Positions 20,497-29,304 of a DNA stretch of 64,000 bases are shown piece after piece (position 1 is the stretch's first letter; the number at the start of each line of letters is the position of its first letter). Location of the stretch: IMG/VR virus record IMGVR_UViG_3300034104_003304, positions 1-64,000 of that record; one strand, written 5' to 3'. The DNA comes from a virus. The notes under the pieces were generated by a model that made no database searches, was not told where the DNA came from, and saw nothing but the letters and a program-made list of their open reading frames with translations. A program made the position numbers and the translations under genes.

Positions 20497-21030
20497 TTAC
20501 CTCAAGTAGTTATAATAACATAAGTATTTATTTATTTTAATAATTGGACCATTCTTGGCGCATTGAGAAGCATATATTCCATCTTTACTATATATTGGTT
20601 GGTGTCTAAGTTGTGAATTTAATTTCCATTTAATCATGTAGCAAGCTGTATCTATACATTCAACTGCTGGAGCCAATTTTTCTAAAGGAATTCTGATAAC
20701 ATTATTTTCTATTTGACCCCAATATATCATAGAATAATCTGAATTTAAAAATGGTTTAATATTATTATAAAGTTCTGGGTGAATAATATTATCATCATCA
20801 TGAACCAATATCCAATCGTTATCATTAAAACAAAAGTTATCTAATATATGATTTAGAGCCAGCGCACCAACGGCTCCAGTATTTTCGCACTTCATTATGA
20901 TAGAATTTTCTATGGGTGGCATTATAACTCTATCATCATAACATATAATCCATCTAGCTTCACTTGGTATTGTTTGAGCAATGGTGAGCAAATTTTCTGG
21001 TCTAGAACAGGGAGTAATTATATTTAACAT
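20497..21030 (-). CDS. GT-A (family 2-like) glycosyltransferase
   Basis: IITPCSRPENL start, DDD motif, IDTAC. Confidence 0.7.
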   Translation of the reverse strand: MLNIITPCSRPENLLTIAQTIPSEARWIICYDDRVIMPPIENSIIMKCENTGAVGALALNHILDNFCFNDNDWILVHDDDNIIHPELYNNIKPFLNSDYSMIYWGQIENNVIRIPLEKLAPAVECIDTACYMIKWKLNSQLRHQPIYSKDGIYASQCAKNGPIIKINKYLCYYNYLR

Positions 21031-21815
21031 TATTCTATTACCGTGTCTGGGGTTAAGAATGGTTGATCGATAGTTCCATCTTCGTATTTATGGAGCGCAC
21101 TTAGTCGTTCGCCCTCTTTCTTCATAGCCAGCCTCATCTTCTCCATCTCTATTCCGTATTTCTTCATAGTGTCGGGATCTTGCATTAGGTGAGCTACCCA
21201 TGAAACGAAGCTTTGTTTGCTATCTTCAAGACGCTTAATGCGCTGCTCTCTGGTTCCCTTCATCTCGCGTAACATGGAAGCTTTCTTGCTTTGTAGCTCA
21301 CGATAATCCCGATTTAAACTTTCTTGGCTGGCGCGGAGTGCTGCTATCTGTCGTTCTAGATTTAAAATATAATCTTGGTCGCGGTCTTCTTTATCTTTGG
21401 CCCGTTCTTCTTTAACCATCTTTTCGAAAACCGTCATGTCCATTATATTATCTTTGTTTGACTTAAGGCAGCGGTTCATTAATAGCTCTAACTTGATAAC
21501 ATCCACCACCTGTAATTCTTCTGTTGGAAATACGTCATCTTTAAACTGGGCGATAATACGACTCCAGTGATATTTAAATAGTTCCAACTCTTCATCAGTA
21601 AACTGCCCACTTAGTTCGTGATAGTAAGGACGATCCTCAAGAGAGAAAGCCGCCGCCTCTTCGCCCGAAATACCGACTCTAAATTTCCTTTTTACAAAGT
21701 TATCAATAGATTCAACGTCACGATCTAATTTTTGCGCAATGTCTTCGACCGTCATACTATCAATAAGTCGCGCTATGATTCGCTCTTCTTCTTTGCTGAT
21801 TCTACCTTTCTTCAT
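21030..21815 (-). CDS. HTH plus coiled-coil protein (possible small terminase)
   Basis: N-terminal HTH-like TVEDIAQKLDR; long helical C-terminus; upstream in the packaging operon. Confidence 0.4.
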   Translation of the reverse strand: MKKGRISKEEERIIARLIDSMTVEDIAQKLDRDVESIDNFVKRKFRVGISGEEAAAFSLEDRPYYHELSGQFTDEELELFKYHWSRIIAQFKDDVFPTEELQVVDVIKLELLMNRCLKSNKDNIMDMTVFEKMVKEERAKDKEDRDQDYILNLERQIAALRASQESLNRDYRELQSKKASMLREMKGTREQRIKRLEDSKQSFVSWVAHLMQDPDTMKKYGIEMEKMRLAMKKEGERLSALHKYEDGTIDQPFLTPDTVIE

Positions 21816-22302
21816 AATTATGCTCCGCTAATAGTTCTTTTATTTTTAGTATTACTTCGTCACGGCGTTTTTTGGGAACATAAACATCACTTATAATTTT
21901 AAGATAGTCTGATCGGTAGTCTGATGGTAAGCACCGGTCTATAATTTTTTGCATATCCTTGGCATCTATTGTAACATCAGAGTCAAAGTCATCTTCGGGA
22001 ACATAATCTTCATAAGATAATTGTTTGGGCGATAAGATTTTCTTTTTGTCAGTTTCGTTTTTGGTATAGAAGTTGTCGCGGACGAAATTCTTTAAGCGAT
22101 TACTAAGGTGGACAGATAGGAAGTTTTCCAGTGGGCGACTTTCATCATAACGTTCAAGGGCATCCATACATATAATAAACGCCTCTTGTTTTATATCATC
22201 AACTTCATATCCGTTAAATGTATACTTAGGGGATATTCTATTTACGACAGTGTGGATTTGTTTGATAACATCATCTTTACTCATATTTTTTGGTATTTTC
22301 AT
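21802..22302 (-). CDS. Sigma-70 region 2-like factor (candidate late sigma)
   Basis: DDIKQEAFIICMDALERYDESRPLENFLSVHLSNRLKNFVR resembles sigma region 2. Confidence 0.65.
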   Translation of the reverse strand: MKIPKNMSKDDVIKQIHTVVNRISPKYTFNGYEVDDIKQEAFIICMDALERYDESRPLENFLSVHLSNRLKNFVRDNFYTKNETDKKKILSPKQLSYEDYVPEDDFDSDVTIDAKDMQKIIDRCLPSDYRSDYLKIISDVYVPKKRRDEVILKIKELLAEHNYEER

Positions 22303-23081
22303 TCCTGACATGATCTCCACTCTAGTATTCTCCAAACTTCTCCGTCATAAAATTTTAAATCTTTACCATCAAATCCCAGAGTGCCCTTTTTATCTAATAT
22401 TTTGTCGTTGGAGTTTAGCTGTAGTGAGTCTGTGCATAATCTTTTAGCATCAAGTTTTGATGTTCGAAGAGATAACTGTTTAGAATATGTTGTAATAACC
22501 TGTAAAATAGCGGCTATTAATTCTGGATTAGAGAAAAGTTCGCTAAATGGGATTGACTGAACATTGTTGTTTAGTCTTCCTAAGAATGAGAAATTATCTA
22601 TCGCAACGGGGTTGGGGCAGAATGGTTCCGATGATGCTATTACACAATTAGAATTAGCTAATAATTCTAAATAAGAAGATGGCAGCACGGAGTGAGCTAC
22701 TAAGTATTCGGGGCTATCGCATTTAAAATGATAAGGACCATTATTACATTGAGTTATTTTATTATTTGAGTTTAAGTATATGGGCAAGTGTCTTTTTAAG
22801 ATAGTCTTATTATCTAAAGATTCTATGTGGCCAATACCATACTCTGAGATGATAACCTTATTATTGTTACCTATCTGCTCAATATTATAGAAGAAACTAC
22901 AGTCGTGCCCGAATATAGTTTGAAAAGAAGTATCTATATCTATAGTGGAATTAAGAGAAAGTGATATAGATTTATTAAATTCAGATAGGGCTTTTAGTCC
23001 CTTAAGTTCTAAATCGTTGTTATTATGATTGCTAACAGCTAGCTCAATCGCTGACGATTTGCTCGTTTTCAGATTCATCAT
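22299..23081 (-). CDS. Hypothetical protein
   Basis: 260-aa ORF in operon. Confidence 0.6.
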   Translation of the reverse strand: MMNLKTSKSSAIELAVSNHNNNDLELKGLKALSEFNKSISLSLNSTIDIDTSFQTIFGHDCSFFYNIEQIGNNNKVIISEYGIGHIESLDNKTILKRHLPIYLNSNNKITQCNNGPYHFKCDSPEYLVAHSVLPSSYLELLANSNCVIASSEPFCPNPVAIDNFSFLGRLNNNVQSIPFSELFSNPELIAAILQVITTYSKQLSLRTSKLDAKRLCTDSLQLNSNDKILDKKGTLGFDGKDLKFYDGEVWRILEWRSCQE

Positions 23082-23211
23082 CCTTTTCGTCTTCCTTTAA
23101 TAAATTTGCTATTGGAAGATCGGGCTTTGATAAATCTGCTAGAACGCTTTCGTTGAGTGCGGCTGTTGCCCTGCAATCCAATTGTGTTTCAATTATTCTC
23201 TTTGTAGTCAT
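23044..23211 (-). CDS. Small hypothetical protein, first gene of the minus-strand operon
   Basis: AGGAG RBS before ATG 23211; GTGTATAA motif upstream. Confidence 0.55.
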   Translation of the reverse strand: MTTKRIIETQLDCRATAALNESVLADLSKPDLPIANLLKEDEKDDESENEQIVSD

Positions 23212-23327
23212 ATTATAGTCTCCTTTTAATATTATACACACATGAGAATGATAGTACCGCAGGATTATGTTTGTTTTTAGTGTATAACATGGGGGTGGTT
23301 TTATTTTAAGCTAAAAGGAGTGAAATA

Positions 23328-24170
23328 ATGGGAAGACCAAAGGGTTCAAAAGATACTATAAAAAGAAAATCAAGAAATCAATTTGGATTTGGGGAAAAAG
23401 ATGCAAAAATTATTAAAGATTTACGTAATAGTCATCTCAATATGAGAGATATATCTAAATTAACTGGGTACAGCGAGACTCAAATTAAATCGATTTGTAA
23501 AACTTTTGATATTAAAACAATAAATACTGTACTCTTATCATTAAAAAAAATTGTTGATACAAAAACCAAGCAGTGTGGAGTATATGTTATAGCTTTACAT
23601 AGAAATGATGGATATGTGGGTTACTACGTGGGGAGTTCAACTAATATAGGGGATAGGTATAATAATCACTATTCTGCTCTTTCTAATGGAAACCATTATA
23701 ATAAAAAATTACAAGAAGATTTTATGCAAATGAGCGCAATTAAATGTTATGTTTGGTCGATTGAAGATGAACAAAATTTATTGAGAGAGGAATCAAAAAT
23801 AATTAATAAATATTGTGGACTATATAATACTTGGCGCAACATTGCATTGGATGAAGTTTCTAAAATTTTAAAAATTGTGAGTGAAAGATTCACAGAAGAT
23901 AAATATGAAATACATGAGTCAGGTTGCTGGTTTTGGAAAAAAACTCATAAAAATGGATATGGTAGGGATATAAGTATCAGATACAATGAAAAATTATTTC
24001 ATTTTAAACCACATAGAATATCGCTGTTTAAATATAATGGTATCTATCCAGAATTAGTGAGACACAAGTGTAATAATAGAAGTTGTGTTTGTCCGAATCA
24101 TTTGGAGGGTGGATCGTATAAAGACAATAGTAACGATAGGACTCAAATGTTATCGGAGAGGTTTGAGTAA
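23328..24170 (+). CDS. Homing endonuclease-like protein with GIY-YIG and HNH/His-Cys domains
   Basis: GVYVI...YYVGSS...R..H and GCWFW...HRISL...VRHKCNNRSCVCPNHL. Confidence 0.75.
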   Translation: MGRPKGSKDTIKRKSRNQFGFGEKDAKIIKDLRNSHLNMRDISKLTGYSETQIKSICKTFDIKTINTVLLSLKKIVDTKTKQCGVYVIALHRNDGYVGYYVGSSTNIGDRYNNHYSALSNGNHYNKKLQEDFMQMSAIKCYVWSIEDEQNLLREESKIINKYCGLYNTWRNIALDEVSKILKIVSERFTEDKYEIHESGCWFWKKTHKNGYGRDISIRYNEKLFHFKPHRISLFKYNGIYPELVRHKCNNRSCVCPNHLEGGSYKDNSNDRTQMLSERFE

Positions 24171-24285
24171 TACATTAGATTTATTAATCTCCTATTTTGC
24201 GGTAGCCACCCCCAGTTTTTACGGGCGGCTGAGAAAATTGAATTTATAAGATAAAACCCCCCACACTACCCATCTTAACATAGGT

Positions 24286-24367
24286 CGTAAGTCCTTATTT
24301 ATCAACGATTTAGGGTTTAGGTGTCCCGCCCGCCGCGTCGTAAGTCTTTATATACCAACACTTTACG
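24286..24367. repeat. 82-bp paired-palindrome element copy 1 (C-rich core)
   Basis: cgtaagtcctt-atttatc-aacgatttagg / 24 bp / cgtaagtcttt-atatacc-aacactttacg. Confidence 0.9.
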
Positions 24368-24378
24368 TCAAGTTCGCG

Positions 24379-24395
24379 TAGCAAACGATGTGCCA
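24379..24395 (-). promoter_or_regulatory. Sigma54 -24/-12 motif facing element 1
   Basis: Minus strand TGGCACATCGTTTGCTA. Confidence 0.65.
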
Positions 24396-24450
24396 TGTAT
24401 TCTAGGAAAGATTTTTTGTCATTTGGCATGAAAATATATTTGAAAAAATC

Positions 24451-24490
24451 CAAAGATTTCGCTTGACGATGACGATATATACTGTATAAT
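24451..24490 (+). promoter_or_regulatory. Nested sigma70 / sigma28-like promoter
   Basis: TTGACG-N16-TATAAT overlapping CAAAG-N15-GACGATA. Confidence 0.7.
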
Positions 24491-24529
24491 AGAAGTACAA
24501 GAGAGAACGATAGAGAAAAGGAAAAGAAA

Positions 24530-24745
24530 ATGAACAACAACGAAATCAAGCTGGGCGATGTGGTGGTGTGGAACTTTGTGTTTGACAGGCCGGAAGATGA
24601 TGGGGTTGTTGTGTCTGTCAAGGGTAATAAGGTGGAAGTGGAGTATAAGGGATACGTGATGGGTGGTGGATCTAAGGTATATAGGGAATGGCTGAACGTT
24701 GACGAAATCATGCTGAAATCGGAATATGATTCGCAGTATATCTGA
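24530..24745 (+). CDS. Small early hypothetical protein
   Basis: Own promoter and purine-rich leader. Confidence 0.7.
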   Translation: MNNNEIKLGDVVVWNFVFDRPEDDGVVVSVKGNKVEVEYKGYVMGGGSKVYREWLNVDEIMLKSEYDSQYI

Positions 24746-24826
24746 AAAATATTTCTAAGGTACTTGACACTGGCCAACCGATACTATATAATACAGAGAC
24801 AAGAGAAAAGGAAAAGGAATAGAAAA

Positions 24827-25030
24827 ATGGAAAAGGTCAATAGCGTAAACGGTTTCATCAGCAGTCTCCCCAAGATTCGCAAGCGTAGAATCTGGAAAGT
24901 GATCATCAACGGTACAGTTGTTCAAGGTGTTTCCGCTGATGATAATCGCAAATCAACTGCACAAGCGTATATCGCAAACAAGTATCCCGGTCAGGTTTTC
25001 ACTCTGGAATTTTCTCACTGGAAAATCTAA
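24827..25030 (+). CDS. Small early protein, paralogue of 25663-25881
   Basis: MEKVNSVNGFISSLPKI...DNRKSTAQAYI; own sigma70 promoter. Confidence 0.75.
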   Translation: MEKVNSVNGFISSLPKIRKRRIWKVIINGTVVQGVSADDNRKSTAQAYIANKYPGQVFTLEFSHWKI

Positions 25031-25070
25031 GGTACTTGACAACCCCTTGCCGATACTATATAATACAGAC

Positions 25071-25217
25071 ATGAACAACACAAAGAAAATGATTTACTGG
25101 AATACTTCTAATCGCACGGGCGACCGATATGAGGTATGGTATGATGGTAAGGTAGTCGCACGACACATTACGTTCAATGAATGTTGGAATCTTGTTCAGT
25201 CTCTCCAAGCTAAGTAA
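25071..25217 (+). CDS. Small early hypothetical protein (near-leaderless)
   Basis: ATG just after TTGACA-N17-TATAAT. Confidence 0.55.
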   Translation: MNNTKKMIYWNTSNRTGDRYEVWYDGKVVARHITFNECWNLVQSLQAK

Positions 25218-25376
25218 GGTATATAGAATGATTACGATTATAGAATATGTTCAGTTGTTTGCTCTTATCGCATGTTGTGCGTTTATCACCTATACGGTAC
25301 ATGAGATAGGTAACGCCGTACATTCAATGCTGAACGATTGAATAGGTATACGAATGTATACTCCATAAAGACTCGA

Positions 25377-25458
25377 CGTAAACCCTTGGTAGATAAGGAC
25401 TTAGGGCGAATCGGGCGGGCCAAATTTGACGTAACTCCTTACGCCACAACGACTTACG
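25377..25458. repeat. 82-bp paired-palindrome element copy 2 (G-rich core)
   Basis: cgtaaaccctt-ggtagat-aaggacttagg / 24 bp / cgtaactcctt-acgccac-aacgacttacg. Confidence 0.9.
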
Positions 25459-25493
25459 ACGTATTTCCCAATATAATCGGGTAGCGCCGCATA

Positions 25494-25528
25494 TGGCATG
25501 AGAGTTGCATATAGCAAATGGTGTGCCA
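25494..25528. promoter_or_regulatory. Two head-to-head sigma54 motifs
   Basis: Plus TGGCATGAGAGTTGCAT (25494-25510); minus TGGCACACCATTTGCTA (25528-25512). Confidence 0.6.
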
Positions 25529-25662
25529 AACTGAGGTATTCTAGAGGAAAACAATGTCAAATTCTCTTGACAATATTCTTGGGATTTTTCGCTTGCAATT
25601 TAAAGAATCCTTGGTATAATGTCGATATAAGAAGTAAGAGAGAAAGAAAGAGAAAAAGAAAA

Positions 25663-25881
25663 ATGGAAAAAACCACTAACATCAACAGTTTCATCAGCAC
25701 CCTTCCTAAGATTGCTCAAAAGAAGGTTTGGAAAGTAACCGATCAAAATGGTACGGTTGTTCAGTATGTTGGAGCTACCGATAATCGGAAAAGCTCTGCA
25801 CAAACGTACATCAATGAAAAGTACGTTGGTCAAAATCTTACCCTAACGTTTTCACACTTTAAGGGATTGATGACCCTCTAA
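25663..25881 (+). CDS. Small early protein, paralogue of 24827-25030
   Basis: MEKTTNINSFISTLPKI...DNRKSSAQTYI. Confidence 0.75.
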   Translation: MEKTTNINSFISTLPKIAQKKVWKVTDQNGTVVQYVGATDNRKSSAQTYINEKYVGQNLTLTFSHFKGLMTL

Positions 25882-26131
25882 TATGGGGGATTGACGGCAG
25901 GAAAAACTTTATAGAATAATGGAAAGAAAAGAGAAAATGGAAATGACAGTGTTTTACGTTTCGGATTGCTGCAATGTTGAAAGCAACAAAGATTATGAGA
26001 TTTGCTCACAGTGTGGCGAACACTGCCAAATCATCGTAGACGATAGCTGCGAAAAATAATTATTTAAGGCTTGACAACTAAAAAGACGATGCTATAATAG
26101 AGAAAAGAACAAAGGACAAAGGAAAAGAAAA

Positions 26132-26419
26132 ATGATGACGCTTGACAAGGTTATGGCAGGGGTTCGACAGGTTTTCGGGAGTGATTCCCACAAGGTGCGA
26201 GTGATTCAAGCCGGATCGTCGTTCAAGGTTGAGCCGAAAGAAATGATCCACGATGGGGTGTGGATTCGTTCAGAGGGTGCTATCGAAACCCAAATCAATA
26301 ATCTTTTCTATGATATGGCTTGTGAAGATTGTGCGGATGAGGCGGATTATATTCCCGGCCTTGACGATGGCGAATGGGATTCGGATGAGGATTGCTGTGG
26401 TGAAGAAGAATTTGCCTAA
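26132..26419 (+). CDS. Early hypothetical protein with acidic C-terminus
   Basis: Own promoter and purine leader. Confidence 0.7.
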   Translation: MMTLDKVMAGVRQVFGSDSHKVRVIQAGSSFKVEPKEMIHDGVWIRSEGAIETQINNLFYDMACEDCADEADYIPGLDDGEWDSDEDCCGEEEFA

Positions 26420-26946
26420 GCCTTGACAACATAAAAAACCGATGATATAATTAGAGAAGAACAGAGAACGCTAACTAAGGAAAAATGATGAAACTTTCAG
26501 AAGTAGACATTGCCATGATCGCTTACAACACTTTCGACGCGAACAACGGCCTGACCCTTGAAAACTTGGAAGAAATTAAGGAAACTAAATGAATTACGTT
26601 TCAGTCTGGATCATGGGAATGATGCTTAAGGGGATGGAAACGATATGCGAAGTGTGGCAGCGTTTCAAGGAATATGATGAAATGCAATCCAAGGGATACA
26701 TTCTTTTTAAGAATGGCAAACGGGATGATTTTTGGGCTGGACATGGCGACTAAAACTAAGAGGTGAACGGATGTACACTTTTGACTTTACAAGTATCGTA
26801 ACGGGCTATATTCTGGGCGTTTTCCTATGCTGGACAACTGTTCAAGCAATCTATCTACAGGACAAAGATGAAGACTAAACGCATGTACACTGTATGGATG
26901 ATCACCTTCATTCTGGGGTGTTTTGCAACTTATCTCGTAAACTAGA

Positions 26947-27028
26947 CGTAAACCCTTGTCAGATATAGACTTACGACTAGGCGGGCGGGCCGGATTTTTC
27001 GTAAGTCCTTACGTGCCAACAACTTACG
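26947..27028. repeat. 82-bp paired-palindrome element copy 3
   Basis: cgtaaaccctt-gtcagat-atagacttacg / 24 bp / cgtaagtcctt-acgtgcc-aacaacttacg. Confidence 0.9.
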
Positions 27029-27224
27029 TCAAGTGCCTTGTGATGATGCTTTTTTAGGCACACTATATGTAGCGTAGTGCAAAATGCTACACTCTTGCGT
27101 ATTTCAGCCAAAAACGCTAACGCAAAATGCAAAACTGTGCAGCAAAATGCTACGCCTAAAATCTAGGCACAAAAAGTAGCATAGTGTTTTCCCCGTGAAA
27201 AACGCACAAAAAATATTTTTCCGA

Positions 27225-27242
27225 TTGGCACGGGAAGTGCAT
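27225..27242 (+). promoter_or_regulatory. Sigma54-type promoter for gene 27297
   Basis: TTGGCACGGGAAGTGCAT with correct GG-to-GC spacing; predicted start coincides with the purine leader; no TTGACA present. Confidence 0.6.
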
Positions 27243-27296
27243 TTATATATGGATAGAAAAGAAGAAAAAAGAAGAAAGAAAGAAAAGAGAAAGAAA

Positions 27297-27485
27297 ATGA
27301 ATATCAAGACTTTTACCGAATCCCTCAAACCAGTTTACATTTACGATCATATGGTTCATATGAAGAATGGAAAAGCCTATAGGGTTTATCGTTGTGGTAG
27401 TGATCGTGCAGTTTACGAGTACATGAGTGCAAACGGTTTCGATACCAAAGAAATCGTAAAAATCGATCTGGTTGCCAAAAAATAG
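27297..27485 (+). CDS. Small hypothetical protein
   Basis: MNIKTFTESL after a near purine-only leader. Confidence 0.65.
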   Translation: MNIKTFTESLKPVYIYDHMVHMKNGKAYRVYRCGSDRAVYEYMSANGFDTKEIVKIDLVAKK

Positions 27486-27656
27486 GGCTTGACAAATAAA
27501 AAAAGTGTGGTATAATGTTAGAAAGAAAGAAAGAGAAAGTTATGATTGATAGAGAAAAAATGATTGCTGAAATTCAAGAAAGTTTCGCCAAGATTGGTGC
27601 AAAGCCTCTTAGCGAAAAGAGACTCAATGAAATCATTGATGAAGAAATTGCAAGAT

Positions 27657-27692
27657 TCAAGGCTTGACAACTAAAAGCCGATACTGTATAAT
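27657..27692 (+). promoter_or_regulatory. Nested sigma70 / sigma28-like promoter
   Basis: TTGACA-N17-TATAAT overlapping TCAAG-N15-GCCGATA. Confidence 0.75.
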
Positions 27693-27721
27693 AGAAAAAC
27701 AAGAAAGAAGAAAGAAAGAAA

Positions 27722-28036
27722 ATGAAAAACAAGTTTCCTATCATCGAAAACGCAAAGCGTCAAGCCCGTCTGTGCTTCCTTGGGATTGCACTTCCCACAG
27801 TTGTCAAGAGCATCGATGGAGAAATGGTGCAGGTCGAAAAGGTAATCAAGTTCAATCGCACCGCTCTAAAGAATATCGGAAAGCGTAAAACTGAAAACGT
27901 CGATCCGCGATATGTTGGCGGTGAAGATAAGATGATTGTCAAGGTAGGCAAACCGGGTAGTCGAGAGAGAGTGGAAGAATTGGCTAAACAGTATAGCGTG
28001 GTCATGAGACATGAACTGAGCGCTTTCGAGGATTGA
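27722..28036 (+). CDS. Early hypothetical protein
   Basis: 104 aa after promoter and purine leader. Confidence 0.7.
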   Translation: MKNKFPIIENAKRQARLCFLGIALPTVVKSIDGEMVQVEKVIKFNRTALKNIGKRKTENVDPRYVGGEDKMIVKVGKPGSRERVEELAKQYSVVMRHELSAFED

Positions 28037-28136
28037 GGGGGTTTTGGTAAGATAGGCAATCTAGGTAATTTGCATAAGCTGGGAAGTCTCGGCCAATCTG
28101 GCCGGATAAGATGTTTTGAAGCGTAGCCAGCGAAAA
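28037..28136 (+). repeat. Degenerate 9-bp-period GG-led array with conserved tail
   Basis: ggtaagata ggcaatcta ggtaatttg...ggaagtctc ggccaatct; related to 30676-30810. Confidence 0.55.
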
Positions 28137-28198
28137 GCCTAAATTTTATACTTGACAAAAGACGATAAAGAGTATATAATGAGAGAACAGAAAGGGAA

Positions 28199-28387
28199 AT
28201 GATGGACTCTCTAACATTAAAAGAAGTAGCAAAGATGGCCCGTGAGAATGATTTGCATATTCTTATCAAGTCTGAGGGATATGCGTTATGTGATGACAAT
28301 TTTAAAACATTGCTAGTCACAAACAGTCTTCGTAACATGGTATGGTATATTAACAACTGCGAAATCCTTGGAATTGTAAAGGTATAA
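28199..28387 (+). CDS. Hypothetical protein
   Basis: ORF after sigma70 promoter. Confidence 0.6.
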   Translation: MMDSLTLKEVAKMARENDLHILIKSEGYALCDDNFKTLLVTNSLRNMVWYINNCEILGIVKV

Positions 28388-28389
28388 AT

Positions 28390-28638
28390 ATGTACAACGG
28401 ATATGCAAATTATCAAACGTGGAATGTATGTTTGTGGATTAGTAACGATGAAATGTTGTATGGTCTAGCACAACGTTGTGAGTCTTACGAGCGTTTCAAG
28501 ATTTTTCTGCGTGAAGTTTTTGAACAGCATCCCGTTAGATTCGAAACGCCCGATGGTGTGGCGTGGAATGATAGTGGTATTGAACTGTCAGAAGTGGAAA
28601 AATATTGGGAAGAAAGTTTTTCTACAGTCGAAGCTTGA
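28390..28638 (+). CDS. Conserved small phage protein
   Basis: YNGYANYQTWNVCLWISNDE...TPDGVAW pattern recognised from phage early genes. Confidence 0.7.
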   Translation: MYNGYANYQTWNVCLWISNDEMLYGLAQRCESYERFKIFLREVFEQHPVRFETPDGVAWNDSGIELSEVEKYWEESFSTVEA

Positions 28639-28703
28639 CAACTGCCGATCTATACTGTAAGATAGCGTAAGTGTTTTTCAATTAGCAAAAGAGGAATTTT
28701 AGT

Positions 28704-29093
28704 ATGAGTGATTTTCTGGTGATTTGTTTGGTTGCTGCTGTTGTTTTCTGTGCGACTTTTTATTGTGTGTATCGTGGAGTGTACGGTTCGCTGTCCTCCG
28801 CGAGTCTTGGTGAAGTTTATAACTTTCACTATCTTCAGCCTCTCACGGGAGAGTACGAGCGTTATCTTGCTAAGGTAATCTCTAAGCGTGATATGAAAGA
28901 TCATATTCACAGGTTGAATGTAACGAGTGACTATCGTTTGCACGATAAAGAGTTTCAACGTACTAACACGCTTGTAACTTGCGAATTGTCAAACGGTGAA
29001 ATTCGTAACTTTTATGCTGAACGTGTTAAAGATTGTTACAGGTCTATCTTTGGTAGACTTTTGTACAGTACGGGCATGGCTTGCATGTTCTAA
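28704..29093 (+). CDS. Hypothetical protein with N-terminal TM helix
   Basis: Hydrophobic N-terminus; GEIRNFYAERV weakly WYL-like. Confidence 0.65.
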   Translation: MSDFLVICLVAAVVFCATFYCVYRGVYGSLSSASLGEVYNFHYLQPLTGEYERYLAKVISKRDMKDHIHRLNVTSDYRLHDKEFQRTNTLVTCELSNGEIRNFYAERVKDCYRSIFGRLLYSTGMACMF

Positions 29094-29111
29094 AGATTCG
29101 CCAAAAGTAGC

Positions 29112-29193
29112 CGTAAACCCTTGCCACCAAAGGACTTACGGCGAATTTGGCCCGCCCCGCGAATCGTAAACCCTTACGCACCAACGACTTAGG
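29112..29193. repeat. 82-bp paired-palindrome element copy 4 (C-rich core)
   Basis: cgtaaaccctt-gccacca-aaggacttacg / 24 bp / cgtaaaccctt-acgcacc-aacgacttagg. Confidence 0.9.
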
Positions 29194-29204
29194 GCAAGTG
29201 GTGA

Positions 29205-29220
29205 CGCAAAAGCTGTGCCA
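29205..29220 (-). promoter_or_regulatory. Sigma54 motif facing element 4
   Basis: Minus strand TGGCACAGCTTTTGCG. Confidence 0.65.
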
Positions 29221-29304
29221 AAAATATTCTGAAAATTCTCTATAGATTTCCCTTGACATGGCCGATATATCCTATATAATGAATTACACAAGGAGAAAGA
29301 AACC

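Noticed and set aside
24422-24440. Plus-strand TTGGCATG as a sigma54 promoter
   Set aside because: No TTGC-like -12 element at the required spacing.
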